Counted from the first letter of the stretch, positions 39,306 to 48,397 are shown. The stretch is 61,117 bases of DNA from Solirubrobacterales bacterium (GCA_036489595.1 DASXFL010000067.1:1-61117), one strand, 5' to 3'. Made by a program: numbers and translations. The notes: generated by a model not told the origin, from the sequence alone.

Positions 39306-39907
39306 ACGGGAAGACCTACGGCATCGCACTGCTGGCGGCCGGGGCGCTGGCGCTCGCCGGCTGCGGCGGCTCGAGCTCCAGCAGCAGCTCCGAAACGAGC
39401 GCCGAAGCGCCGAGCTCTACCGCCAAGCAGGGCGAAACGGTGAAGGCGCCGCCACCGAACGCCGAAGAAGGCACCACCTTCGTCTCGCTCGGCAACGTCA
39501 GCGGCCTCGGCATGGTGCTGGTCGACTCCAAGGGGATGACGCTCTACGACTTCCACAAGGACAAGGGCACCGAATCGGCCTGCTACGGCGAATGCGCTAA
39601 AGCCTGGCCGCCGCTGCTGACCGAAGGCGAACCGCAGCCGAGCAACGGCACCGATGCCTCGAAGCTGGGGACCACCGAACGCAAGGACGGCACCGTGCAG
39701 GTGACCTACGCCGGCCACCCGCTCTACGGCTTCGTCGGCGACAAGGCGCCGGGCGAAGCGAACGGCAACGACGTCACCGCCTTCGGCGGCGAGTGGTACG
39801 GGCTGATGGGCAACGGCGAAGAGCCGGATGACAGCGGCAGCAGTGACGACAGCGGCTCCAGCTCGAGCGGCAGCAGCTCCAGCGGCAGCGGCGCCTACGG
39901 CTACTAG
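39302..39907 (+). CDS. Secreted lipoprotein with two 'Y.F..D' repeats (COG4315-like)
   Basis: GTGA overlap with the anti-sigma gene. Lipobox 'LALAGC'. Repeats 'GMTLYDFHKDKGTESACYGECAKAWPP' and 'GHPLYGFVGDKAPGEANGN'. Confidence 0.7.
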   Translation: MNGKTYGIALLAAGALALAGCGGSSSSSSSETSAEAPSSTAKQGETVKAPPPNAEEGTTFVSLGNVSGLGMVLVDSKGMTLYDFHKDKGTESACYGECAKAWPPLLTEGEPQPSNGTDASKLGTTERKDGTVQVTYAGHPLYGFVGDKAPGEANGNDVTAFGGEWYGLMGNGEEPDDSGSSDDSGSSSSGSSSSGSGAYGY

Positions 39908-40539
39908 CGGGGCGGCAGGCCGCGCTTGCGGTAGGAGATGACCGGCGACACCAGCTCTCGGATCTCGGCAAGCAGCCGGGCCGAGAGCTCCGCCGGGTCC
40001 TCGCCCGCTCGCGGCTGACCGCCGGCCGGGTCGAAGAAACGGACCCGGATCCGCGGCCGTCGTGGGAAGCCGGTGAGGTCGGCGGTGCCCTCGACCGCAA
40101 CCAGGCTGACGTGGGCCTCCGGCACCTCGAGCGCCAGCCGCCCGGCCCCGCTCCGCGCCCGCAACACCTTGCCGCGCGAGCGGGTCCCTTCCGGGAAGAC
40201 GCCGATGCAGGCGCCCGCCCGCAGCGTCTCGATCGCCCGCGCCAGCGCCTGCTCGTCGCCCTTCCCGCGCTCGATCGGGATCTGGCCCATCCCGTTCAGC
40301 ACCGGCGCCAGCCCGCGGACCTTCCACAGTTCCGATTTGGCGAGAGCACGGATCTGGCGGCGCGGCATCGCGGCGACGCCGATCATCACCGGGTCCCAGT
40401 GGCTGTCGTGGTTGCCGAGGATCAGCAGCGGCCCGCTCTCGGGGATGCTCTCGAGCCCCTCGATGCGCAGCCGTCCCCAGCGGGCGACAGGCCTGGCGAT
40501 CGCCATCGCGGCGCGATAAGTGCGGGTCCTCTCCTGCAT
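39904..40539 (-). CDS. plsC: 1-acyl-sn-glycerol-3-phosphate acyltransferase family
   Basis: HX4D motif 'GNHDSHWDP' and 'IGVFPEGTRSRG'. The start is taken at 'MQERTRTY'. Confidence 0.8.
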   Translation of the reverse strand: MQERTRTYRAAMAIARPVARWGRLRIEGLESIPESGPLLILGNHDSHWDPVMIGVAAMPRRQIRALAKSELWKVRGLAPVLNGMGQIPIERGKGDEQALARAIETLRAGACIGVFPEGTRSRGKVLRARSGAGRLALEVPEAHVSLVAVEGTADLTGFPRRPRIRVRFFDPAGGQPRAGEDPAELSARLLAEIRELVSPVISYRKRGLPPR

Positions 40540-40601
40540 CGGGGACGTGAGTTCTACGCGGTCTGGGCGATTTCGGGTCAGCCGGGTCGCGGCGCCGGCG
40601 C

Positions 40602-41033
40602 TCAGGCGGCCGCTTGGTGGGCGCGGCGGAGCACGTCGCGGAGGGCGCGCTGGTCGGCCTTGGAGAGACCGCTCAGCCACCGCGGCGGCTCGCTCAGCTC
40701 ACCCATCGCCCTCCCCCTCATCTTCTCCCCCTTCGCGGTCAGCTCGATCACCTTGACCCGGCGGTCACGCTCGGAGGGGCGGCGGCGGCCGAGCCCGCGC
40801 TCTTCGAGCGCGTCGGCGATCCCGGTGACGTTGGAGGGGTCACAGCGAAGCAGCTCGGCGATCTCGCCCATCGTCCGCGGCGAGTCGAGCCGGGCCAGCG
40901 CCCCCAGCATCGCCGGGGTGAGGCCGAGGTCGCGGGCAATGTCGATGAACCGCGGCGGGTAGACGAGGGACGCGAGCATTCCCCACACCTCGTAGTCGAG
41001 GGGCGCCCGCTTTCCTTTCGAGGTCGAGCTCAT
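40602..41033 (-). CDS. MarR-family transcriptional regulator
   Basis: 'LGALARLDSPRTMGEIAELLRCDPSNVTGIADALEERGLGRRRPSERDRRVKVIELT'. Confidence 0.8.
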   Translation of the reverse strand: MSSTSKGKRAPLDYEVWGMLASLVYPPRFIDIARDLGLTPAMLGALARLDSPRTMGEIAELLRCDPSNVTGIADALEERGLGRRRPSERDRRVKVIELTAKGEKMRGRAMGELSEPPRWLSGLSKADQRALRDVLRRAHQAAA

Positions 41034-41097
41034 AGAAAGTAGTTTATCGCAACTTTTGGTAGCCTCAACTAATTCTGCCGACGAGAGGAGCAGCCCA

Positions 41098-42111
41098 GTG
41101 ACGGAAGAGGGAGCGAGCAGCGCCGGGATCGAAGCCGTCGGCCTGGTCCGCGAGTTCAAGAAGGGGCCGCGGGCGGTCGACGGGATCGACCTGCGGGTCG
41201 AGCCGGGCGAGATCTACGGCTTCCTCGGCCCCAACGGCGCCGGCAAGTCGACCACGGTCCTGATGCTGACCACGCTGCTGCCGCCGACCGCGGGTTCCGC
41301 CCGCGTCGCCGGCCACGACGTCGTCGCCGAAGGGCCCCAGGTGCGCTCCTCGATCGGCGCCGCCCTGCAGGAGGCGGCACTCGACCCGCTGCTGACCGGC
41401 CGCGAGCACATGCGGCTGCAGACTGCGCTGCACGGGATCGGCAAGGGCGAGCGCGATCGGGTCGGCGGCGAGCTGCTGGAGCGGGTCGGCCTCTCGCAGG
41501 CGGCGGACCGCAAGGTCGGCGGCTACTCGGGCGGGATGAAACGGCGGCTCGACCTCGCGCTCGCCCTCGCCCACCGGCCTCGCATCCTCTTCCTCGACGA
41601 GCCGACCACCGGCCTCGACATCCAGAGCCGGACCGCGCTCTGGCAGGAGGTCGAGCGTCTCGCCGCCGAGGACGGCGTCACCGTTTTCCTCACCACCCAG
41701 TACCTGGAGGAGGCCGACGCGCTCGCCGACCGGGTCGGGATCATCGACCACGGCAGGATCGTCGCCGAGGGCACCCCGGCCGAGCTGAAGGCCGAGATCG
41801 GGCGGCCAACGGTCGAGGCGGTGCCGCGCGACCCGGCCGAGCGCGAGCGGACGATCGAGGTGCTGGGGCGCTTCGGCGAGTGCGCCGAGACCGATCACAA
41901 GGGCGGCGCTGTCCAGCTCGTCGGCGGCGAGTCCGAACTGGCCGAGGTGGTGCGGGCGCTCGACTCGGAGGGGATCGCGATCGAGAGCCTCAACCTCCAC
42001 GCCCCCTCGCTCGACGACGTCTTCCTCGCCAAGACCGGCCGCTCGCTGGAGGGCACCGGCGAGGCTGAGGCGGAGGCCGAGGACGCGGTCGCCGAAGGAG
42101 CCCGGGCGTGA
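41098..42111 (+). CDS. ABC transporter ATP-binding protein (DrrA/ABC-2 exporter type)
   Basis: GAGGAG lies 7 nt before the GTG at 41098. Walker A 'GPNGAGKST', signature 'YSGGMKRRL', Walker B 'ILFLDEPTTGLD'. Confidence 0.9.
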   Translation: MTEEGASSAGIEAVGLVREFKKGPRAVDGIDLRVEPGEIYGFLGPNGAGKSTTVLMLTTLLPPTAGSARVAGHDVVAEGPQVRSSIGAALQEAALDPLLTGREHMRLQTALHGIGKGERDRVGGELLERVGLSQAADRKVGGYSGGMKRRLDLALALAHRPRILFLDEPTTGLDIQSRTALWQEVERLAAEDGVTVFLTTQYLEEADALADRVGIIDHGRIVAEGTPAELKAEIGRPTVEAVPRDPAERERTIEVLGRFGECAETDHKGGAVQLVGGESELAEVVRALDSEGIAIESLNLHAPSLDDVFLAKTGRSLEGTGEAEAEAEDAVAEGARA

Positions 42112-42887
42112 GCGAGGGCCTCCGCTCCCAGGTCGGACAGCTCGCCCGCCGCTCGATCGTCCGCACCCTGCGCCAGCCGGCGCAGTTCGTGCCGGCCCTG
42201 ATCTTCCCCCTCTTCCTGCTCGCCGTGAACTCCAGCGGGCTCAGGGACGCAACCAACCTGCCGGGCTTCCCGACCGACTCCTACATCACCTTCGCCCTCG
42301 CCGTCACCTTCATGCAGGGGGCGCTGTTCTCGGTGATGAACTCCGGCACCGACCTCGCCCGCGACATCGAGACCGGCTTCCTCAACCGGCTGGCGCTGAC
42401 CCCCCTGCGCGGTGCCGCGCTGCTGACCGGCCTCCTCGCCGGCTCGATCGTGCTCGGCCTCGTCCAGGGCTTCGTATACCTCGTGGTCGGGCTCGCCGGC
42501 GGTGCCGAACTGGCCGCCGGCGCCGGCGGCGCCGTGGTCATCGTCGCCCTCTCGGTCGCGGTCACCACCGCCTTCGGCACGATCGGCATGTTCGCGGCGC
42601 TCCGCACCGGCTCGGGCGAGGCGGTGCAGGGCCTCTTCCCAGTCTTCTTCGTCTTCCTCTTCCTCTCCACCGGCTCGCTGCCGCTGGAACTGATCAAGAC
42701 CGACTGGTTCCACACCGTCGCCTCGATCAACCCGGTCTCCTACCTGCTGCAGGCCTTCCGCTCGGTCCTGATCGAAGGCTGGGACGTCGGCGAGCTGGCG
42801 CTCGGCTTCGGCATCGCCGCCGCCCTCTTCGCGATCGGGATGACCGCCGCCGCGGCGGCCCTGAAGTCAAGGCTGGTGCGGACGTGA
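42108..42887 (+). CDS. ABC-2 type transporter permease
   Basis: Six TM segments. It overlaps the ATPase stop, and its length and hydrophobicity pattern are typical of ABC-2 permeases. Confidence 0.8.
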   Translation: MSEGLRSQVGQLARRSIVRTLRQPAQFVPALIFPLFLLAVNSSGLRDATNLPGFPTDSYITFALAVTFMQGALFSVMNSGTDLARDIETGFLNRLALTPLRGAALLTGLLAGSIVLGLVQGFVYLVVGLAGGAELAAGAGGAVVIVALSVAVTTAFGTIGMFAALRTGSGEAVQGLFPVFFVFLFLSTGSLPLELIKTDWFHTVASINPVSYLLQAFRSVLIEGWDVGELALGFGIAAALFAIGMTAAAAALKSRLVRT

Positions 42888-43672
42888 GCGAGCCCCGCCG
42901 CACCCCCGGCCTGCGGGCAATCGCCTCCGCGGTCGCCTGGCGCAGCATCCACAACTTCCTGACCAACCCGGCCTTTCTGGTCCCCTCGCTGCTCTTCCCA
43001 CTCTTCTTCTTCGCCTCCTTCGCCGGCGGCCTCTCCTCGATCGGCGACGTCCCCGGCTTCGAATTCCCGAGCGGCTACACCGCCTTCCAGTTCGTCTTCG
43101 TGCTGCTGCAGTCGGCGGCCTTCGGCGGCGTCTTCACCGGCTTCGCGATCGCCCGCGACTTCGAGACCGGCTTCGGTCGCCGCTACATGCTGGCCGCCGC
43201 CAATCGCAACGGGATCGTCGTCGGCTACGGGATCGCGGCGCTCTTCCGCGCGCTGGTCACCTGGACCGTTTTGACCGCGGTCGCCCTGGTCGCCGGGATG
43301 CAGATCGACGGCAGCGGCGTCGACCTCTTCGGCCTCTTCCTGCTCGCCGTGCTCATCAACGTCGCCGCCACCCTCTGGGCGGCGGGGGTGGCGATGCGGG
43401 TCCGCACGATCCAGGGCGGCCCACTGATGCAGATGCCGGTCTTCCTGATCCTCTTCGTCGCCCCCGTCTACGTCCCCCTCGACCTGCTCAGCGGCTGGAT
43501 CCACGCGGTCGCCTCGGTCAACCCGGTCACCGCCCTGCTCGAGGCCGGCCGCGGCCTGATCTCCGGCGACCCGGCCGTGATCGCCCTCGCCTTCGCCGTC
43601 GCGATTGGCCTCGGCTTCGTCTTCGCGCTGTGGTCCCGCGGCGGCCTCCGCAGCGCCGAAGCCGCGGGCTAG
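42884..43672 (+). CDS. ABC-2 type transporter permease (second subunit)
   Basis: Paralogous layout to the previous gene, with a 4-nt overlap. Confidence 0.8.
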   Translation: MSEPRRTPGLRAIASAVAWRSIHNFLTNPAFLVPSLLFPLFFFASFAGGLSSIGDVPGFEFPSGYTAFQFVFVLLQSAAFGGVFTGFAIARDFETGFGRRYMLAAANRNGIVVGYGIAALFRALVTWTVLTAVALVAGMQIDGSGVDLFGLFLLAVLINVAATLWAAGVAMRVRTIQGGPLMQMPVFLILFVAPVYVPLDLLSGWIHAVASVNPVTALLEAGRGLISGDPAVIALAFAVAIGLGFVFALWSRGGLRSAEAAG

Positions 43673-43695
43673 CCCCCGAAGCGGAGCTCGGCGAA

Positions 43696-43713
43696 ACGTG
43701 ACCGATGTCACGT
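43696..43713. promoter_or_regulatory. Perfect palindrome ACGTGAC-CGAT-GTCACGT upstream of the PAS gene
   Basis: The 7-bp arms lie about 90 nt before the PAS start. GTGAC recurs at 43803-43807 and 43812-43816. Confidence 0.35.
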
Positions 43714-43802
43714 CCGTCTCGCCGGTGGCGCTTGATCCTGCAGTTTCCGGACGTTCGGGGAGCGGTCGAAGGGGGTCGAGATACCTGTGGGCACGGACTA
43801 AA

Positions 43803-44264
43803 GTGACAAATGTGACTCAGTCGACGAACCCGGCGCAGAAGCCGTTGGAGCTGATCCTGGCGCGGAACCTGATGTCCTCGCTCTCGACCCCCGCCTTCCT
43901 GGTCGACGAGGGCGGGGTGCTGGTCTTCTACAACGAGGCGGCGGGGATCTTGCTCGGGAAACGGTTCGAGGAGCTGGGCACCGTGCCGCAGCGGGAGTGG
44001 GGCGCCCTGTTCGGACCGTTCGGCGAGGACGGCGAGCCGATCCCCTATGACGAGCTGCCGTTGGTCAGCGCGGTCCGCAAAGGACGCCCGGCCCACGCCG
44101 AGTTCACGATCCGCTCCGCCGACGGCACCGCGCACGCGGTCGAGGCCTCGGCGGTGCCGATCCTCACCGCCCACGGCTCGCGGGGGGCGCTGGCGATGCT
44201 GTGGCCGAGCGCGGGGCGCGAGGGGGCGCCCGGCGCAGGCGCCAATGGGGCGAGGCCGGCGTGA
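43803..44264 (+). CDS. Stand-alone PAS-domain protein
   Basis: 'LSTPAFLVDEGGVLVFYNEAAGILLGKRFEELG...AHAEFTIRSADGTAHAVEASAVPI'. The start is GTG at 43803 or 43812. Confidence 0.65.
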   Translation: MTNVTQSTNPAQKPLELILARNLMSSLSTPAFLVDEGGVLVFYNEAAGILLGKRFEELGTVPQREWGALFGPFGEDGEPIPYDELPLVSAVRKGRPAHAEFTIRSADGTAHAVEASAVPILTAHGSRGALAMLWPSAGREGAPGAGANGARPA

Positions 44265-45163
44265 GGGTCAAGCTCTGGGGCACCCGCGGCTCGATCCCCT
44301 CGCCCGGCGAGGGCACGGTCCGCTACGGCGGCAACACCTCCTGCGTCGGCGTCACCCTCTCCGACGGCTCGCTGCTCGCCCTCGACGCTGGCTCCGGCAT
44401 CCGCAGCCTCGGCCTCGGCCTCGGCGAGGAGCCGCGCCGCCTCCACATCCTCCTCACCCACCTCCACCTCGACCACATCCAGGGCCTCGTCTTCTTCGCC
44501 CCCGCCTTCCGGCCCCAGACCGAGCTGGTGATCTGGGGCCCATCCTCCCCCGCCAGCCCGGCGCTGCGCGATCGCATCGCCCGCTACATCTCCGCCCCGC
44601 TCTCGCCGGTCGAGGTCCGCGAGCTGCCGTGCGACGTCTCCTTCCGGCACTGCCCCGAGGCCGAGTGGGAGATCGGCCCAGCCCGGATCCGGGCGGCCTC
44701 GGTCAGCCACCGCGGCCCGACCCTCGGCTACCGGATCGACGACGCCGGCTCCTCGCTCGCCTACATCCCCGACCACGAGCCCGCCCTTGGCGCCGACATC
44801 AGCGCTCTGCCCGAGGAGTGGATCTCCGGCTTCGAGCTGGCCCGCGACGCGACGATGCTGATCCACGACGGCCAGTACTCAGACCTGGAGTACCCGGACC
44901 ACCTCGGCTGGGGCCACTCGGCGCTCTCCGACACGCTCCGGTTCGCGCGGCGCACCGGCGCCGGCCGCACCGTCCTCTTCCACCACGACCCCACCCACTC
45001 CGATGAGCAGCTCGACCGTCTCGGGGCCGAAGCCTCCGCTCGCTGGCTCGAGCTCGGCGGCGCCGACCCGGGCGCGGTGACGGTCGGCGCCGAGGGCCAG
45101 GAGCTGGAGCTGCCGGCCGACGCGCCCGCCGCGGGCGTTCGCAGCGCCGTGACGCCCGCCTGA
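44261..45163 (+). CDS. MBL-fold metallo-hydrolase
   Basis: GTGA overlap with the PAS gene. 'VKLWGTRGSIPSPG', metal motif 'LTHLHLDHIQG', 'LFHHDPTHSD'. Confidence 0.8.
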   Translation: MRVKLWGTRGSIPSPGEGTVRYGGNTSCVGVTLSDGSLLALDAGSGIRSLGLGLGEEPRRLHILLTHLHLDHIQGLVFFAPAFRPQTELVIWGPSSPASPALRDRIARYISAPLSPVEVRELPCDVSFRHCPEAEWEIGPARIRAASVSHRGPTLGYRIDDAGSSLAYIPDHEPALGADISALPEEWISGFELARDATMLIHDGQYSDLEYPDHLGWGHSALSDTLRFARRTGAGRTVLFHHDPTHSDEQLDRLGAEASARWLELGGADPGAVTVGAEGQELELPADAPAAGVRSAVTPA

Positions 45164-45207
45164 GTCCGCAAATTGCGGCTTCGCGGGCGGGGCGCTAGGC
45201 TCGGCCC

Positions 45208-45825
45208 GTGCCGTCCTGCGCCTCCCGGATCGAGCCCGCCGCCGAACGCTCGCCGCTGGTCCGCGCCGCCTTCGAGAAGGCCCGTGCCGCCCACGCCGGC
45301 CAAGTCCGCAACGGCAGCGGCGGCCTCCCCTACATCGAGCATCCGGCCGCCGTCGCGGCCCGGCTTGACAGCCACGGCTACGGCGAGGACGTGCTGGCGG
45401 CGGCGCTCCTGCACGACGTCGTCGAGGACTCCAAGACCAGCGTCGAGGAGCTCGAAGCGGAGTTCGGCGAGCGCGTCGCCGGCCTCGTCGCCGCACTCAG
45501 CGACGACGAGTCGATCGCCGACTACCGCGAGCGCAAGGACGAGCACCGCGCCCGCGTCCGTCATCACGACGGCAACGCCTTCGCGATCTACGGCGCCGAC
45601 AAGCTGACCAACTCGAGGACGCTTCACCTCGCGCTCGAGCACGAAGGCGAGGCGGTGCGCGAGGAGTTCAACGTCCCGCTCGAGCTCAAGCTCGAGGTCT
45701 GGGAGGAGGACTCGCGCATGCTCCGCGCCGAGGCGCCCGAGCTGCCCTTCCTCGACGAGCTCGACGAGGCGCTCAGCCTGCTTCGGGCGGATTTAGCAGC
45801 GGCAGGCCCTCGGCGCGGTACTTGA
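45208..45825 (+). CDS. HD-domain protein, small alarmone hydrolase (SpoT/Mesh1-like) candidate
   Basis: 'AHAGQVRNGSGGLPYIEHPAAVAARL' and 'AALLHDVVEDS' match the (p)ppGpp-hydrolase HD signature. No synthetase domain is present. Confidence 0.75.
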   Translation: MPSCASRIEPAAERSPLVRAAFEKARAAHAGQVRNGSGGLPYIEHPAAVAARLDSHGYGEDVLAAALLHDVVEDSKTSVEELEAEFGERVAGLVAALSDDESIADYRERKDEHRARVRHHDGNAFAIYGADKLTNSRTLHLALEHEGEAVREEFNVPLELKLEVWEEDSRMLRAEAPELPFLDELDEALSLLRADLAAAGPRRGT

Positions 45826-46297
45826 GCCGGCGCCGCAGCGGCAGCGCCAGCCACAGCGTCCCGAACATCGCCACCCCGAGGACGACGACGACGACCGTCG
45901 TCACGGTGCCGAAGAGGACGTCGGTGATCAGCATCACCGCGCAGATCATCGCCAGCGCCAGGGCGGCGAGGCCGCCGAGAGCACAGCGGTTGGCGATGAA
46001 GACGAGCCGGTGCTTCTGCTGGTAGCGAAAGGTGATCCGGTGGTAGGCGGTGGGCGCGATCAGGAGCGCCGCCGAGAGTGCGGTAAGCAGCAGGGTCGCG
46101 AAGTAGACCCGCTTCTGGAACTCGGTGATCTGCTGGAAGTGCTGTTGGAACGGGACCGCCAGGAGGAAGGCGAAGAGGACCTGGACGCCGGGGAGCGCGA
46201 TCCGCAGCTCCTGCAGCAGCTCGCCGAGGTTGCGATCGAGGCGCGCCTCCTCGCTCTCGTCACGGCCGGAGGGACGTCCCGATTCCTTCTCCTCCAT
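45773..46297 (-). CDS. DUF6328-like membrane protein
   Basis: 'RLDRNLGELLQELRIALPGVQVLFAFLLAVPFQQHF', with two further TM helices. The start is taken at 'MEEKESG'. Confidence 0.6.
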   Translation of the reverse strand: MEEKESGRPSGRDESEEARLDRNLGELLQELRIALPGVQVLFAFLLAVPFQQHFQQITEFQKRVYFATLLLTALSAALLIAPTAYHRITFRYQQKHRLVFIANRCALGGLAALALAMICAVMLITDVLFGTVTTVVVVVLGVAMFGTLWLALPLRRRLKYRAEGLPLLNPPEAG

Positions 46298-47666
46298 GTC
46301 GGGCACTGTATGGGATGTGCAGACCGCGATCGTCCTTTTCAACCGCGACCTCCGGATCCGCGACCACCCCGCTCTCCTTGCCGCCTCGCGGGCCGAGCGG
46401 ACGGTGCCTCTGTTCGTCCTCGACAAGGCGCTGCTGGGCTCGCGCTTCGCGGCCGCGAACCGGGTCGCCTTCATGCGCGAGTCGCTCGCCGACCTCGACC
46501 AGAGCCTGAAGATGCTCGGCGGCCGGCTGCTCGTGCGCGAGGGTGACGTGGTCCGGGAGACGATGCGGGTGGCGGCCGAGTGCGGCGCCGAGGAGCTCCA
46601 CCTCAGCGCCGACTGGAGCGCCTACGCGCGCCAGCGCGAGCGGCGGCTGGCAGCAGCCTGCGGGGAGCAGCGGATCGAGCTCACCGCCCACTCGGGGGTC
46701 ACGATCGTCGAGCCGGGGGCGGTGACGCCAACCGGCGGTGACCACTTCAAGGTCTTCAGCCCCTACCACCGGGCCTGGAGCGCGGCGCCGCGGCGCCAAC
46801 TGCACGGCGCCCCGCGCAAGCTGCGGGTCCCGAGCGACATGGCGGCGGGGCGGCTGCCGACGACCGAGAGGCTGACCGGCGGCGAGCTCTCGCCCGACCG
46901 CGCCCGCGGCGGCGAGAGCGAGGGGCGCAGGCGGATGCGCGCCTTCCTCCGCGACGGCCTCGGCGGCTACGAGGAGCACCACGACGACCTTCCCGGCGAC
47001 GACACCTCGCGGCTCAGCGCCTACCTCCGCTGGGGCTGCGTCTCCCCGGCCGAGCTGGCGGCCGAGGCGGCGGGCCGCCGCGGCGGCGCCCCTTTCGTCC
47101 GCCAGCTCGCCTGGCGCGACTTCCACCACCAGGTCCTCGCCGCCACCCCCTCGCTGCCACGCCGCGACTACCGCCCCCGCGGCGACCGCTGGTCGCGCTC
47201 CGAGCGCGCGCTCGAGGCATGGCGCGAGGGCCGCACCGGGTATCCCCTGGTCGACGCGGCGATGCGGCAGCTGCGCCGGGAGGGGTTCATGCACAACCGC
47301 GCCCGGATGACCGTCGGCTCCTTCCTCTGCAAGGACCTCTACCTCGACTGGCGGGCCGGCGCCTGGCACTTCTGGGACCTGCTCGCCGACGGCGAGATCG
47401 CCAACAACGCCGGCAACTGGCAGTGGATCGCCGGCACCGGCAACGACACCCGCCCGAACCGCGTCCTCAACCCGGTCCGCCAGGCCGAGCGCTTCGACCC
47501 CGAAGGCCACTACGTGCGCCGCTACCTGCCGGAGCTGGAGCCGGTCCGCGGCAAGGCGATCTTCCGCCCCTGGCTGATGGACGGCTTCGACCGCCTCGAC
47601 TACCCCGAGCCGATCGTCGACCACGACGACGCCGTCGCCGCCTTCAAAGCCCACCGCGGCGACTGA
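46296..47666 (+). CDS. phr: Deoxyribodipyrimidine photolyase / cryptochrome family
   Basis: 'AIVLFNRDLRIRDHPAL', 'TSRLSAYLRWGCVSP', 'GYPLVDAAMRQL...GFMHNRARM', 'NNAGNWQWIAGTG'. Confidence 0.9.
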   Translation: MSGTVWDVQTAIVLFNRDLRIRDHPALLAASRAERTVPLFVLDKALLGSRFAAANRVAFMRESLADLDQSLKMLGGRLLVREGDVVRETMRVAAECGAEELHLSADWSAYARQRERRLAAACGEQRIELTAHSGVTIVEPGAVTPTGGDHFKVFSPYHRAWSAAPRRQLHGAPRKLRVPSDMAAGRLPTTERLTGGELSPDRARGGESEGRRRMRAFLRDGLGGYEEHHDDLPGDDTSRLSAYLRWGCVSPAELAAEAAGRRGGAPFVRQLAWRDFHHQVLAATPSLPRRDYRPRGDRWSRSERALEAWREGRTGYPLVDAAMRQLRREGFMHNRARMTVGSFLCKDLYLDWRAGAWHFWDLLADGEIANNAGNWQWIAGTGNDTRPNRVLNPVRQAERFDPEGHYVRRYLPELEPVRGKAIFRPWLMDGFDRLDYPEPIVDHDDAVAAFKAHRGD

Positions 47667-47670
47667 CCCC

Positions 47671-47701
47671 GCAGTTGTCCCCGGTATGCGGGGACAACTG
47701 C
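47671..47701 (+). terminator. Strong hairpin after the photolyase stop (no U-tract)
   Basis: GCAGTTGTCCCCG-GTATG-CGGGGACAACTGC: a 13-bp perfect stem 4 nt after the TGA. Confidence 0.4.
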
Positions 47702-47716
47702 GCGTAGGATCGCGCG

Positions 47717-48397
47717 ATGGGACGGCTGGCGGTGATCCTCGGGTCGAGCGCCCTCGGCCCCGGCGGCGAGCAAATAGCCGCGGCGGCAGCCGAGCACGGG
47801 GCGGCGATCGTCCAGCGCCACGACGGCGCCGGCGGCTACGTCCTCCCCCACCGGATCGATCACGAGGCGAACCTGCGGCCGCTGGCCGAGCAGGGCGTCG
47901 ACCGCGTCCTCGCGATCTCCTCGGTCGGCTCGCTGAAGCCGGAGCTGTCGGTGGGGACGCTGGTCTGCCCCGACGACTTCATCGCCCTGCACCTCGACCG
48001 CTCCATCTTCGACGACGCCCGCGCCCACTCGGCCCCGAGCTTCGACTCCGAGCTGCGCGGCGAAGCGATAGCCGCCTGGGGCGAGAGCGGGCAGCAGCCG
48101 GTCGACGGCGGCGTCTACTGGCAGGCGATCGGGCCCCGCTTCGAGACTCCGGCCGAGATCCGGCTGATGGCGGTCCACGCCGACGTGGTCGGGATGACGG
48201 TCGGCTCCGAGTGCGTGATCGCCGGCGAGCTCGGCCTCGCCTACGCGGCACTCTGCATGGTCGACAACCTCGCCAACGGTCTCGGCCCGGAGAGGCTCTC
48301 GGTCGGCGAGCTCGAACGCGACCGCGCCGCCAACGCGGCGCTGCTGCGCGACGGCCTCGAGGCGGTGCTGCCGCGGCTCGGGGCGGTCGGCCGGTGA
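47717..48397 (+). CDS. MTAP-family purine nucleoside phosphorylase (short form)
   Basis: 'LAVILGSSAL', 'PHRIDHEANLRPLAEQGVDRVLAISSVGSL', 'GPRFETPAEIRL...ADVVGMT'. Confidence 0.8.
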   Translation: MGRLAVILGSSALGPGGEQIAAAAAEHGAAIVQRHDGAGGYVLPHRIDHEANLRPLAEQGVDRVLAISSVGSLKPELSVGTLVCPDDFIALHLDRSIFDDARAHSAPSFDSELRGEAIAAWGESGQQPVDGGVYWQAIGPRFETPAEIRLMAVHADVVGMTVGSECVIAGELGLAYAALCMVDNLANGLGPERLSVGELERDRAANAALLRDGLEAVLPRLGAVGR

